A DNA stretch of 64,000 bases from positions 89,317 to 153,316 of the forward strand of contig JBOEGF010000002.1 in assembly GCA_050633305.1 (NCBI GenBank). The letters are read 5' to 3'. Of this stretch, positions 53,054 to 62,194 are shown in pieces. Made by a program: the position numbers and the translations under genes. Position 1 is the first letter of the stretch. The number at the start of each line of letters is the position of its first letter. The notes below the pieces were generated by a model, which saw nothing but the letters and a program-made list of their open reading frames with translations, did not search any database and was not told the DNA's origin. The DNA comes from Nannocystales bacterium. Its GTDB lineage: Bacteria > Myxococcota_A > Polyangia > Nannocystales > Nannocystaceae.

Positions 53054-56050
53054 TCAACGCTGAACGGCGTACTCGCCCTCCAGCTCTTCGCACCACCCCT
53101 CGTCACTCGGTGGGTCGAGGCATGCTCCGCAGGACTCCCTCGCACACCTCGAGAGCTTGCAGCCGGGACCATCTCCGGCTTTGCACGCCTTCCCGAGCAG
53201 GCGGACGGCCGAGCCGTGCGTGACACTGGTGGTCCATGGCTGCCCGTGGCGGTCGGCCAGACTCAACCGGAAGACGCCACGCATTCGACACGCGATGGCC
53301 GAACCCCGCTCGCATGCGAACCCCAGCGTTGCTTGCCCCAAGAGTTCGCCGGAGGTGACCACCGTGCGGGGCATGTCCATCGAATCGTGATCGAGCGCCC
53401 ACTGTCTCCCAACAGAGAGGCATCCGTCGAGAAGGGCGGGCGTGCACCGGGTCGGAGCACTCCCCGACGAGGCTACGGTTGCAGGGGGCGCCGGGTCGAA
53501 GATCGAACGCCGCGAACTCGTGTCGTCGAGAACGACGATCCCGACGGCGGTTCCGCGCAAGGAGACACGGCCAACCTCTACCGTCGTCTCCCCCCGACCC
53601 CGAGCCCACTTCGGGATCTTGCGGGGTCTCAAACGTGTCCAACTCTCTCCTGCATTCTCGGACAGAAACGTCTTGCCACCGACCTCAGGCCACTCGTCGG
53701 CACCGCCCGAGTACTCGACACAGTTGAGCGAACGGACCGCGAGGTGTGAGGGGTCCTCGGGGTCGACGAAGACCGCGTCCGTCGTCGTCTTCATCCCGGG
53801 GATCTCGACCCGAGTCCAGGTGTCGCCTGCGTCATCCGAGCGCCACATGCTCCGGTCCCGGGGCGCATCCGCGACGCCCACGCATCGTCCTCCCGTGCTC
53901 GCGAAAACCGTCTCTCCCGCCCCCGTTGCGAGGAGTGGGGGGGAGATAGGCGTACGCTGCGAGATGAATCGAGGGTCTTCGAAGTGTTCGAATGTCACCG
54001 GGCCCGCCAACCAATCGGCCTCGAACCCGCAGTCCCCTCCACGCTGCACGGCCAGCACCGCGAGCTCACCATCGGCGTGCTCGACGACGTCTCTCCCATA
54101 GACGATCTCGCCGTCGGTGAATCCTCCGTTCCAGCACTCGCCTTGGAACAGAAACTCGGGCCGACTTACAACCGTGCGGGCCTGGCTCTGAAGGTCGTGC
54201 GAAATCGTCTGGTCGCCGCTCGCATAAACGTAGCGGACTCGGCCCCCTCGGCGAAGCCTACGGGATGGGCCGACGGTCTTTCCGAGCAGCTCCGCGGCCT
54301 TGGGTTCGTCGCAGTCGACTCGGTACAGACCTTCGCCATCAGGAGGATAGCTCCAGCCCGCCAAGTAGTTCGTGGCGTTCGAAACGATCAGCGAATCGTG
54401 GTCGTCGGGAAACACGTCGACCGCAACACCATCGCTCTGGTGAAACCGCGTCTCTTGTCCGTTGACGAAGAGTACTTCGTCCTCGAACTTCCACGTGCAG
54501 CCCGGCGTGACGTCGTCGCGAACCGCAGCCAACTGAGGGAGGTCCGATGGCGAGCGCAATGGAAGCTTGGAGCCACCGCTGACGATGTAGCCGCGCCCGC
54601 GCCGGTCATCAGCCCAATAGGCGCCGACGAAGAAATCGTCGATGTCGTCACCATCGAGGTCTCCCGCAGGTCGGACCATGTGGCGGGTTTCGTCGCCCTC
54701 GCCGGGGAGTCGCAACGGAACGACGGTCTCGGTCGCGTCGATCGTGCGGATGGGGGCGTCCGGGACCGCGAACAGCACCAACGTTCGGAACTCGGCTCCA
54801 CGCTCACCCACCCGGCCGGCCAGCGTCAGGTACAGCTCGGTCGTCCCGTCTCCGTCAATGTCGCCCAGTGCCCCGCCGTCGACCGGTGCCCAGTCGTCGC
54901 TCTCGAACAGAAGCTTGGCCTTCGCGAGCTCGATTGACCCTCGACCCCCGCGCGGCGCGAGGTAGGCACGCCCCGTCGCGGTCACCGAGAAGTCACCAGC
55001 GGTCACCAAAAGGCCCTGCTTGCCTGCGGAGCGAATGCTGGTGAGCCCCGAGACCGGAGAGCGGATCGGCGCTGCCGTGTCGCCGTGACTGAGCAGCTCG
55101 GGGCCGTCGTCCTCCCGACCGAACGACACGTAGCCCGCGACTCCGCCTGCGGTGACTCGCCGGCGTGACCACAGCACATCGTCAAGCCCGTCGCCGTCAA
55201 CGTCACCCGCCGGCCTTGGCTTGAGGGTTCCATCCTCGACCAAGTAGCCACCTTTGCTGTCGAGCAGACGACCCAGCCCGCGGTTCGTCGGGACCGAGCC
55301 GCCGAACAGCATCGTTCCGAGCGCGAGCTTCGTGTGGTCCCCCGCCAATGCCGAGCCGCCATAGGCCAGATCCTGCTTTCCGTCCCCGTTGACGTCCCCG
55401 GGGAAGGAGAGACTCCAGCCTGCCGTGTCGCGAAGCTCCATCCCGCTCCATCGTCGAGACCTCGGGCGCCCGATCTTCGCTGTCTTCCAATCCGCCTGTG
55501 AGGCTCCGCGGATGAGGTGCAGTTGCCCACTCTGCGAGCGAACCCCGTCACCAAAAGGCTCGCCGATCACGAGATCGCCGTGTCCGTCGTGGTCCAGGTC
55601 GCCCCCTGCGAGCGCGAATCCCATCCAGCCCGCCGGGACCGCGCTCCACAGAGCGAACCCGCCTTTTCCTCGCGTCACGTTCGCGAGGTCGACCGGATGC
55701 TCTCGTGAGAGGACCACGTAGGCCTTGCCCGCATCGATGCGCCCGGCCACATCCGCAAACGGAGCACCGATGGCGATGTCCGTCGTGCCGTTCCCATCGA
55801 GGTCGCCGGGCGCGGCGAACGAAAAGCCGAGGCCGTCGCCCGGCTGCTCGCCGCGCACCTTCCAGACGGAGTCCGCTTCCAGATCGATCACCCTTGCGCC
55901 GAGGGAGGCCGGTTCTGTGGCCAGCGTGGGCTCGCCTACGGAGCCGGTCTCAGTCGGTTCAGCCTCGGGCTTGGGGGGAGTTGCCGCGCAGGCGATCAGC
56001 AGTGAGGGCAGAAAGAGCTGCTGGTATAAAAACCTCCGCGGCGCACTCAT
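53054..56050 (-). CDS. FG-GAP/integrin-alpha repeat lipoprotein with Asp-box region and Sel1-like C-terminus
   Basis: GDLDGNGTTDIAIGAP, GDLDHDGHGDLVIGEP, GDVNGDGKQD, GDLDGDDIDDFFVGA; WRSDDAGDTW and LSENAGESW; ACERGSAIAC, ACKAGDGPGC. Confidence 0.85.
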   Translation of the reverse strand: MSAPRRFLYQQLFLPSLLIACAATPPKPEAEPTETGSVGEPTLATEPASLGARVIDLEADSVWKVRGEQPGDGLGFSFAAPGDLDGNGTTDIAIGAPFADVAGRIDAGKAYVVLSREHPVDLANVTRGKGGFALWSAVPAGWMGFALAGGDLDHDGHGDLVIGEPFGDGVRSQSGQLHLIRGASQADWKTAKIGRPRSRRWSGMELRDTAGWSLSFPGDVNGDGKQDLAYGGSALAGDHTKLALGTMLFGGSVPTNRGLGRLLDSKGGYLVEDGTLKPRPAGDVDGDGLDDVLWSRRRVTAGGVAGYVSFGREDDGPELLSHGDTAAPIRSPVSGLTSIRSAGKQGLLVTAGDFSVTATGRAYLAPRGGRGSIELAKAKLLFESDDWAPVDGGALGDIDGDGTTELYLTLAGRVGERGAEFRTLVLFAVPDAPIRTIDATETVVPLRLPGEGDETRHMVRPAGDLDGDDIDDFFVGAYWADDRRGRGYIVSGGSKLPLRSPSDLPQLAAVRDDVTPGCTWKFEDEVLFVNGQETRFHQSDGVAVDVFPDDHDSLIVSNATNYLAGWSYPPDGEGLYRVDCDEPKAAELLGKTVGPSRRLRRGGRVRYVYASGDQTISHDLQSQARTVVSRPEFLFQGECWNGGFTDGEIVYGRDVVEHADGELAVLAVQRGGDCGFEADWLAGPVTFEHFEDPRFISQRTPISPPLLATGAGETVFASTGGRCVGVADAPRDRSMWRSDDAGDTWTRVEIPGMKTTTDAVFVDPEDPSHLAVRSLNCVEYSGGADEWPEVGGKTFLSENAGESWTRLRPRKIPKWARGRGETTVEVGRVSLRGTAVGIVVLDDTSSRRSIFDPAPPATVASSGSAPTRCTPALLDGCLSVGRQWALDHDSMDMPRTVVTSGELLGQATLGFACERGSAIACRMRGVFRLSLADRHGQPWTTSVTHGSAVRLLGKACKAGDGPGCKLSRCARESCGACLDPPSDEGWCEELEGEYAVQR

Positions 56051-56099
56051 TGCACCTACAACGTAGCAGGAGAGCGGAAAAATCCGCCCCTGCCCAGGA

Positions 56100-56708
56100 T
56101 CAACTAGGCTCGAGGACGAACGGGTAGGTCACGACGACCGCTTCACCGTCGAACTTGGGAAACTTCCAGCGCTGGACGACTGTGCTGATGCACGTGGCCA
56201 CTTCGCCCTCCGTGCCATCCTCCTCAGCAAGCGTGCTCGAGGACACCGACGACTCGAGGACCTTTCCCTCCGAGCCGATCTTGAACTGCACCGCCACGCG
56301 GCCCGACAGCTCTGGGTCGGCGGACAAGCCCTGGTTGTAGCAGTGGCGGACCTCGTTGATGTGTGCCCGTGCGATCCGGCGGATGACATCGCGATCGAGC
56401 CGCCCCTCAACCTCCGCTTTGGCTTGCCGGACCGTCGGGCCTGAACGCTGAGCAACCTCTCCGCGGTCCGCGTCCGAGTTCTCCGTTTCCGTTTCCGTTT
56501 CGCTTTCCGTCTCCGTCTCCGGAGCGGGCGTTGTCGCCGGGGCCGGTTCGGTGACGCACTCGCACTGACACGTCTGAGCGGTGGGCGCCGTGGCATTGGG
56601 GGCCAACGCGGTCCACACCGCCAAGGACCCCGCCACAGCGCCCGCGATGCCTACAAACGCGACCATGACCGGAGAGGACGCGCTGCGAGTGGGGACTGGA
56701 GTGTTCAT
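56100..56708 (-). CDS. AgmX/PglI-type TonB C-terminal domain protein
   Basis: N-terminal TM; GRLDRDVIRRI...EVRHCYNQGL..DPELSGRVAVQFKI...C...WKFP...VTYPFVL. Confidence 0.9.
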   Translation of the reverse strand: MNTPVPTRSASSPVMVAFVGIAGAVAGSLAVWTALAPNATAPTAQTCQCECVTEPAPATTPAPETETESETETETENSDADRGEVAQRSGPTVRQAKAEVEGRLDRDVIRRIARAHINEVRHCYNQGLSADPELSGRVAVQFKIGSEGKVLESSVSSSTLAEEDGTEGEVATCISTVVQRWKFPKFDGEAVVVTYPFVLEPS

Positions 56709-56780
56709 CCTTCGCACCGACACGACGAAGCGCCGACCGGTTTCCCCGATCGACGCTTTGTCGCGCGGCCTCGATTGACG

Positions 56781-58277
56781 CTACTTGTAGGTCCAGGCTT
56801 TGAACTCGCTGACCGGGTGCACCAGGCCGTAGTCGCGGGCCTTGTGCACCAGTCCACGAACGTCGCTCTTGAACTCGGCGCGTCGGTCGAACTCCGCAGG
56901 AACCGCACCGGAGTCGGCCAAGAGCTTCAGCTCCGGCTGGGTATCGACCGGGAGAAGCTTCTCGATGAGCCGGTCCTCATCGACTTCGACCTCGGGCAAC
57001 ATGATCGGAGCCTGAGGGTCATCGATGTAGTCGGGATTGATCGCGCTGGAGAGGTCCGCCGTCACGTCGACGCGCTGATTGAGAGACTCCAGGCCGAAGC
57101 GACGCTGCGCGGTCGAGAGAATCGAGCAGTGCTCGAACAGGTTGTTGTTGACGCAGCCCGAGCGGACGTGGGGCCCGATGACCAGGCTTGGAACGCGGAA
57201 GCCAAGCTGCTGGAACTCACCGCGCTGGTCGACCGTTGTCGGCGGAGCGACGTGGTCGTAGAATCCACCGCTCTCGTCGTACGTGATGATGAACATCGTC
57301 TTGTTCCACTGCGGGCTCTCGGCGAGCGCGCGGTAGATCGTGGCCACGAGCAACTGCCCCAAGTTGACGTTGGGACCCATCTCGGGGTGGTCGCTGTCCC
57401 CACCGAACTCGCGGGGGTGGTCCGAGCTCGAGCTGAAGAAGCCGGGGTCGATGATCGAGAACGCGGGCAGACGGCCACGCTCGGCATCCTCGAAGAAGGA
57501 GGACAGGCGCGAGAAGCCGCGGAGCTTGCCCAGTGCAGCTGCTCCCCACGGAAGGTCTGTGAAGTAGTTGAGCCCAGGGATGTCGAGGTCGCGCAGACGA
57601 TCCCAGACCGTGTCCATGAAGAACTTGGGGTGGTTGGTCTTGCGCCCGCCGGACTGTCCGGCGTGCATGAAGAACCGGTTGGGCCACGTCGGTCCCATGA
57701 CCGAGCAGTGCCACTGGTCGCACAACGTGTAGTTGTCGGCCAGCGCGTACATGACCTCCATGTCGCGGCGCTGCAGGAAGCCCATGACCTCGGGGCCAGC
57801 GGTGAGGGTCTCGTGCTTGTTCGCCTCGTGATGCGCCTTCACGAAGCCATCGTTCACGCCGTTGTTGAAGGCGTCGTGCATGGGCTCCCACTTGTGCGGG
57901 AGGTGGTGAAGCTTGCGAAACGGATCGAGCTCGAAGATGTCGGCCGTGCCACCGTCGTGGGTGGGGTTGGACTCGTTGCCGAGCAGGCCGTCCACATCGT
58001 CTCGGCCTTCCATCAAGCTGAGAGAACCGTACATGTGGTCGAACGACCGGTTCTCCATCATGAGCACCACGATGTTCTCGACCGGTGCGAGTAAATCGTC
58101 GGGCGACATCGCCGGTCCGCCAACGCACTCGGCGTGGCGAAGCATGGGGTCCAGTCCGGGGCCACCTTCGTTGCAGCCGAGACCACCCGCGGCGAGGGAC
58201 CCCATGCCGAGCGCGCCTGATCCACGCAGGATTGCGCGCCGAGTGAGTTCAAACTTCCGTCGTTCTTCGTCGTTCAT
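56781..58277 (-). CDS. Phosphoesterase / phospholipase C (PlcH/AcpA family), Tat lipoprotein
   Basis: LTRRAIL...GLGC; IVVLMMENRSFDH, GPTWPNR, DHP, TYDESGGFYDHV, GFRVP, EHCSIL. Confidence 0.92.
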   Translation of the reverse strand: MNDEERRKFELTRRAILRGSGALGMGSLAAGGLGCNEGGPGLDPMLRHAECVGGPAMSPDDLLAPVENIVVLMMENRSFDHMYGSLSLMEGRDDVDGLLGNESNPTHDGGTADIFELDPFRKLHHLPHKWEPMHDAFNNGVNDGFVKAHHEANKHETLTAGPEVMGFLQRRDMEVMYALADNYTLCDQWHCSVMGPTWPNRFFMHAGQSGGRKTNHPKFFMDTVWDRLRDLDIPGLNYFTDLPWGAAALGKLRGFSRLSSFFEDAERGRLPAFSIIDPGFFSSSSDHPREFGGDSDHPEMGPNVNLGQLLVATIYRALAESPQWNKTMFIITYDESGGFYDHVAPPTTVDQRGEFQQLGFRVPSLVIGPHVRSGCVNNNLFEHCSILSTAQRRFGLESLNQRVDVTADLSSAINPDYIDDPQAPIMLPEVEVDEDRLIEKLLPVDTQPELKLLADSGAVPAEFDRRAEFKSDVRGLVHKARDYGLVHPVSEFKAWTYK

Positions 58278-58291
58278 CGTGATCCCCCCAC

Positions 58292-59161
58292 TCAGGCTTC
58301 GCAGCCCATCAGTTCTTGTCCGGTGATTTCTTTCTCGTAGCAGTCGTCGGATGCCGGAACGTCAACGTCCCCTGCGTCGATGCAACACATGCCCTTGGCG
58401 AAGTACCCGTCCGGTGTACGGCAGATGCCGTTGGCGTCCGGGGCCGCCCCCGAACACTCCTCTTCGACGGGGATGACGCACTCCAACGGAACGTCCTCTT
58501 CGCCCGCTTCGATGATGTCGAAGCAGGTGTCCATGCAGCAGGCGGCCGGCGCGAACTGACCAGCGTAGTCGCCCTCCTGGGCTCGGCAGTGACGCCAGCC
58601 CGCCGCGTTCGGTTGCGCGTCGAACTGTGCGCCTCCGCAGCGGGCGTTGTCGTTCATCGTGCAGCACACGTGCGGGTGGAACTGCCCGGCCGAGTTGCGG
58701 CATGAGCTCTGCGTTTCGGGGTCGTCCCACCCTGCAGCGGGGTCACACAGCAACTCGCAGCACATCGTCGGCACGAACAGTTCGCCAGACACCACCTCGC
58801 CCGAGTCAGGCTGGTCCTGGACGCAGCGCTTCTCGGACCCCGAGGCGTTGTTGAACTTGGCCTGCATCGGGCAGCCCGTGATGAACTCGAACTGCCGAAT
58901 CTCGTCGATGCAGCACGCCGTCTGCACGAACCCCGTCGCACCTCGGCACCGCATCTGAACGTGGTTGTTGTTCTCAAACAACGCCAGCTCGCGCTCGTCT
59001 CCGGCTTCGAGCGAACAGTCCTCGGGGTCGAGATCGTCGACGTCGTCGGCCTTGCCGCTGTCGTCACCAGCGCTATCCGCGTCGGCCTCTCCGCCCCCAT
59101 CCCCGCCGCAAGCCGCAAGCGCAGCTCCCAGCACCAAACACACAGTCCACTGGCGCAACAT
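58292..59161 (-). CDS. Cys-rich lipoprotein with five C-x(n)-F-x4-CC repeats
   Basis: ALAAC lipobox, GKADD motif; CRGATGFVQTACC, LFVPTMCC, CRNSAGQFHPHVCC, AGQFAPAACC, CRTPDGYFAKGMCC. Confidence 0.85.
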   Translation of the reverse strand: MLRQWTVCLVLGAALAACGGDGGGEADADSAGDDSGKADDVDDLDPEDCSLEAGDERELALFENNNHVQMRCRGATGFVQTACCIDEIRQFEFITGCPMQAKFNNASGSEKRCVQDQPDSGEVVSGELFVPTMCCELLCDPAAGWDDPETQSSCRNSAGQFHPHVCCTMNDNARCGGAQFDAQPNAAGWRHCRAQEGDYAGQFAPAACCMDTCFDIIEAGEEDVPLECVIPVEEECSGAAPDANGICRTPDGYFAKGMCCIDAGDVDVPASDDCYEKEITGQELMGCEA

Positions 59162-59281
59162 CTTCAAGTCCCCCGCAAGCAGCATCATCGCGGACGGACA
59201 GGGTACGCTAGTATCCTACATTGGTCAGCCGGTTTCTCGCGTGTTCTCCGCGACTGAGCGAAACAGCTGAAAATACACGGT

Positions 59282-60445
59282 TTACTCGCGATCCGCCGCC
59301 GCGGAGCGTCGCCGCAGCGACAACAGCAGAATCAGAAACAGCGCCGCTCCCACACGGTCCGGCCGACCGCTTGTGCAGCCGCAGCCGTCCGCCGAGTCAG
59401 ACATTCCGCCAGCCGAATCGGTGTCCGTGTCGCCAGCCAACCCCGTACTCGTCGAGGATGGGCCGGAGTCCGGCAGGCCGGTCGACGCGCTATCCCCGCC
59501 AGACTCGCCGTCAGACTCGGAGCTCCCGCTCTCGTTCCCACCTGACCCATCCCCGCCAGAGGATGCCGCGCCCGTGCTCTCTCCCGGCATGTCCATAGGG
59601 GGCATATCGAAGACGATCGGGAGCGGCTCGAAGGAGATCGCGTCGGTACGGTCGTCGAGGAGCGGAATCCGCAACTCGAACGGCACGAGCTGAAACTCCT
59701 GAAAGGCGATCTCCAGCTCCACACCCGGATACAGAATGAGCTCGATGTCAGACAGGAGCGTGCAGTGCAGGCTCGCGAACAACTCCACGATCTCCGCATC
59801 TCGACCGGCCGCACTGAGGGCTTCGAACTCGGCGAGGACCGAGCCAGCCTCGACACCGTCGGCATCGGTGATGTCGATACGCTCACACGTCAGCTCCGTA
59901 TCGATGTCGAAGCCTGCGTCTACGAAGAAGTTCCCGCTCGCGATCAGGGCGTCGACGATCGCGTAGTTGAAGACCTCGATCGGTGTCGTCTCGTCATCGA
60001 CCAGGAGCGGACGATCGTCGTTGCCCGGCAGCAGGTAGGGCGTGTAGCTGGCTTCTTGAAAGATGCCCAGGTCGTAGGGGCCGATGAACGACGACTCGAA
60101 GTCCTGACCGAGGAGATCGAACCGAAAACGGGCATCCAACAGCACGCCGACGTCCAAGTCGAACACGCCCGCGTCCTCATCCCCAACGAAGTGCACCTCG
60201 CCCGTATCCCAGTCGAAGACCGCGTCGCCGGGCATCTCAATGAGAATGTTGTCGTCCGCGTGTGTCTCGAACCGCACCTGGATATTGCTGCCCGATGGCT
60301 GCCAGCCGGTGTCCACGTCGATGCCCTGCAGGCCCAGGAGCTCCAGTTCCCGCACGGGCTCGAACCGGTCAACCTCGAGCGTCTCGGCTGAGGCGGCTGC
60401 AGGGCCCAAGAGAACGGCTCCGGCGAGAATGCAAGCGGCGCGCAT
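59282..60445 (-). CDS. Secreted beta-rich protein with MYXO-CTERM sorting tail
   Basis: Signal peptide ending ASA; Ser/Gly linker; GCGCTSG...ALFLILLLSLRRR. Confidence 0.85.
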   Translation of the reverse strand: MRAACILAGAVLLGPAAASAETLEVDRFEPVRELELLGLQGIDVDTGWQPSGSNIQVRFETHADDNILIEMPGDAVFDWDTGEVHFVGDEDAGVFDLDVGVLLDARFRFDLLGQDFESSFIGPYDLGIFQEASYTPYLLPGNDDRPLLVDDETTPIEVFNYAIVDALIASGNFFVDAGFDIDTELTCERIDITDADGVEAGSVLAEFEALSAAGRDAEIVELFASLHCTLLSDIELILYPGVELEIAFQEFQLVPFELRIPLLDDRTDAISFEPLPIVFDMPPMDMPGESTGAASSGGDGSGGNESGSSESDGESGGDSASTGLPDSGPSSTSTGLAGDTDTDSAGGMSDSADGCGCTSGRPDRVGAALFLILLLSLRRRSAAADRE

Positions 60446-60495
60446 AAGCGCGGACTGTAACACCGCGGCGCGCGAGCCAGGTCGGCGCAGCCAAC

Positions 60496-60536
60496 CAAAG
60501 CAAAAGGGCGCCCCCGGAGAGTCCGGAGCGCGCCCT
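60496..60536 (-). terminator. Intrinsic terminator after the OmpA gene
   Basis: AGGGCGC...CCGGA/TCCGG...GCGCCCT stem followed by TTTGCTTTGG on the minus strand. Confidence 0.65.
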
Positions 60537-60556
60537 GGATGCAGCCCAACCCGGCG

Positions 60557-61936
60557 CTACTGCTGCTGGATCTTGAACTCGATGCGGCGGTTCTTGCCGC
60601 GTCCGGCCTTGGTGTCGTTGGTGTCGATCGGCTGGTCGGGGCCATAGCCCGCGACGGTGATTCGCGACTCGTCGATGCCTTTGCCGACAAGGTAGTTGCG
60701 CACGGACTCGGCACGTCGCTTGGACAGGTCCATGTTGTAGGCGTGCTTGCCGACGTTGTCGGTGTGGCCGGAGATCTCGATCCGGATCTCCTGGAACTTG
60801 GTGAGGACGTCCGCGGCCTCGTTGAGCTTGGGGCGGGACTTGGGCTTGATGGTGTCCTTGTTGGTATCGAAGTAGATGCCCTCGATCACGCCCGCGAAGG
60901 CCTTGACCTCTTCGGGCAACTCGTCGGGGCAACCGTCTTCGTCCTGGTAGCCGTTCTTGGTCTCCGGGTCGTCGGGACACTTGTCGACGTCGTTGAGGAT
61001 GCCGTCCTTGTCGCGATCGTTGTCTGGGCACCCGTCGGGGGCAATTCCCGGAACCGTGGGGCACTTGTCGTCCGGGTCGAGGAAACCGTCGCCGTCGGTA
61101 TCGGGGATCGGACAGCCATCGTACTCAGGGACACCGGGCGTCTCGACGCATTTGTCGTCCGGGTCCATGATCCCGTCCCCGTCGGTATCGATCGGACCAA
61201 CTTCTGGAGGCGGTGCCGTCTTCTTGCGACCCAGAGTGAGGGAGAGTCCAAGCAAGGCTTCGAAGTTGTGGTTCTCGCCCTCGCTCACACCGCGGCGAGA
61301 GCCGATGACGTCACGCAGATCCAGACGCATCGCGACCCAGCGGTTGAAGTAGATCTTCACACCACCGCCGAGGTGAACGGCCGCATCGATATCGTTCCCG
61401 ACCGCACCGTCACTACTGCTGACGCCGAGACCCCCGGCACCCGCAAGCAGGAATGGCGTCACGCTCCACCGTGGGATCTGAGCCAGGACGTGGCCGCGGA
61501 TCGTGTACAGGGTCGCGGCCTGGTCGTCGTTGGTCGATGCGAACATGCCGCCGCCTTCGAGTTCGACGCCGAGGAAACGCAGCGGGTAGTAGCCGACGCG
61601 CCCGCCGAGCTCGGGCGCCAGTGGCTTGAACTTCTTGAATCCCAGGTCCGGGGCCGCCGCATCGAACGCGAACAGCTCATGGTTCGCGCCGGGCAGAAAC
61701 ACACCGCCGTAAATGCCGAGCTCCCACATGTTGCGCTCCGGGCTCCATCGGTCGATCCACCTGAGTTCCGCGCGGTCGCCTTCGGCTCCATCTGCGTCGG
61801 CACTGGCGCCGTCCTCAGACGAGAGGCCGATGGAAGCAGAACCGCCTTCGTCGTCGGGAGCGGCTTGAGCCTCGGGAGCCGCAAGGAACGTGACGACGGG
61901 CGTCAAAAGTGCGAAAATGCGCGAGAACGGTGCCAT
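60557..61936 (-). CDS. OmpA family protein: beta-barrel, TSP3 repeats, OmpA peptidoglycan-binding domain
   Basis: Amphipathic strands; DTDGDGIMDPDDKC, DGCPDNDRDKDGI, NGYQDEDGCPD; ISGHTDNVG...LSKRRAESV...NRRIEF. Confidence 0.95.
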   Translation of the reverse strand: MAPFSRIFALLTPVVTFLAAPEAQAAPDDEGGSASIGLSSEDGASADADGAEGDRAELRWIDRWSPERNMWELGIYGGVFLPGANHELFAFDAAAPDLGFKKFKPLAPELGGRVGYYPLRFLGVELEGGGMFASTNDDQAATLYTIRGHVLAQIPRWSVTPFLLAGAGGLGVSSSDGAVGNDIDAAVHLGGGVKIYFNRWVAMRLDLRDVIGSRRGVSEGENHNFEALLGLSLTLGRKKTAPPPEVGPIDTDGDGIMDPDDKCVETPGVPEYDGCPIPDTDGDGFLDPDDKCPTVPGIAPDGCPDNDRDKDGILNDVDKCPDDPETKNGYQDEDGCPDELPEEVKAFAGVIEGIYFDTNKDTIKPKSRPKLNEAADVLTKFQEIRIEISGHTDNVGKHAYNMDLSKRRAESVRNYLVGKGIDESRITVAGYGPDQPIDTNDTKAGRGKNRRIEFKIQQQ

Positions 61937-62163
61937 AGCGGGTTCTGATCGGCTGTAGGCACTTTCCGTACCAACGTTGGATCGTCGTCTGTCGCGGGCC
62001 AGCGGGCAGACACGTGGGGCCATGTGGGACGAACCAGGATGCCCCACCGGGTCAAAATGACCCGGCCGACGGGCCCCACTGTGCGCGGTCCCGGTGGGGT
62101 CTCCTGCCCCCGATCCGGCTAAGCGTTTGAAAAGGCGGGTTTCGGCGGGTTGTCGATCGATCG

Positions 62164-62179
62164 TGGCACTCGGGCTGCA
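62164..62179 (+). promoter_or_regulatory. Possible sigma54 (-24/-12) promoter
   Basis: TGGCAC-tcggg-CTGCA with correct GG-N10-GC spacing, but it would leave only a very short leader. Confidence 0.3.
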
Positions 62180-62194
62180 CTGGCGCCCAGGACC

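Noticed and set aside
6115..56520. Short coding microsatellites (poly-Thr about 6115-6145, EP repeats about 49320-49390, ET repeats about 56480-56520)
   Set aside because: In-frame low-complexity linkers with degenerate codons, not independent elements.
59282..60445. Calling this gene traA and its neighbour traB
   Set aside because: No TraA-type Cys-rich repeats, reversed order and an intervening terminator.
56775..61948. Plus-strand ORFs 56775..58094 and 60539..61948
   Set aside because: Antisense to the clearly identified phosphoesterase and OmpA genes.
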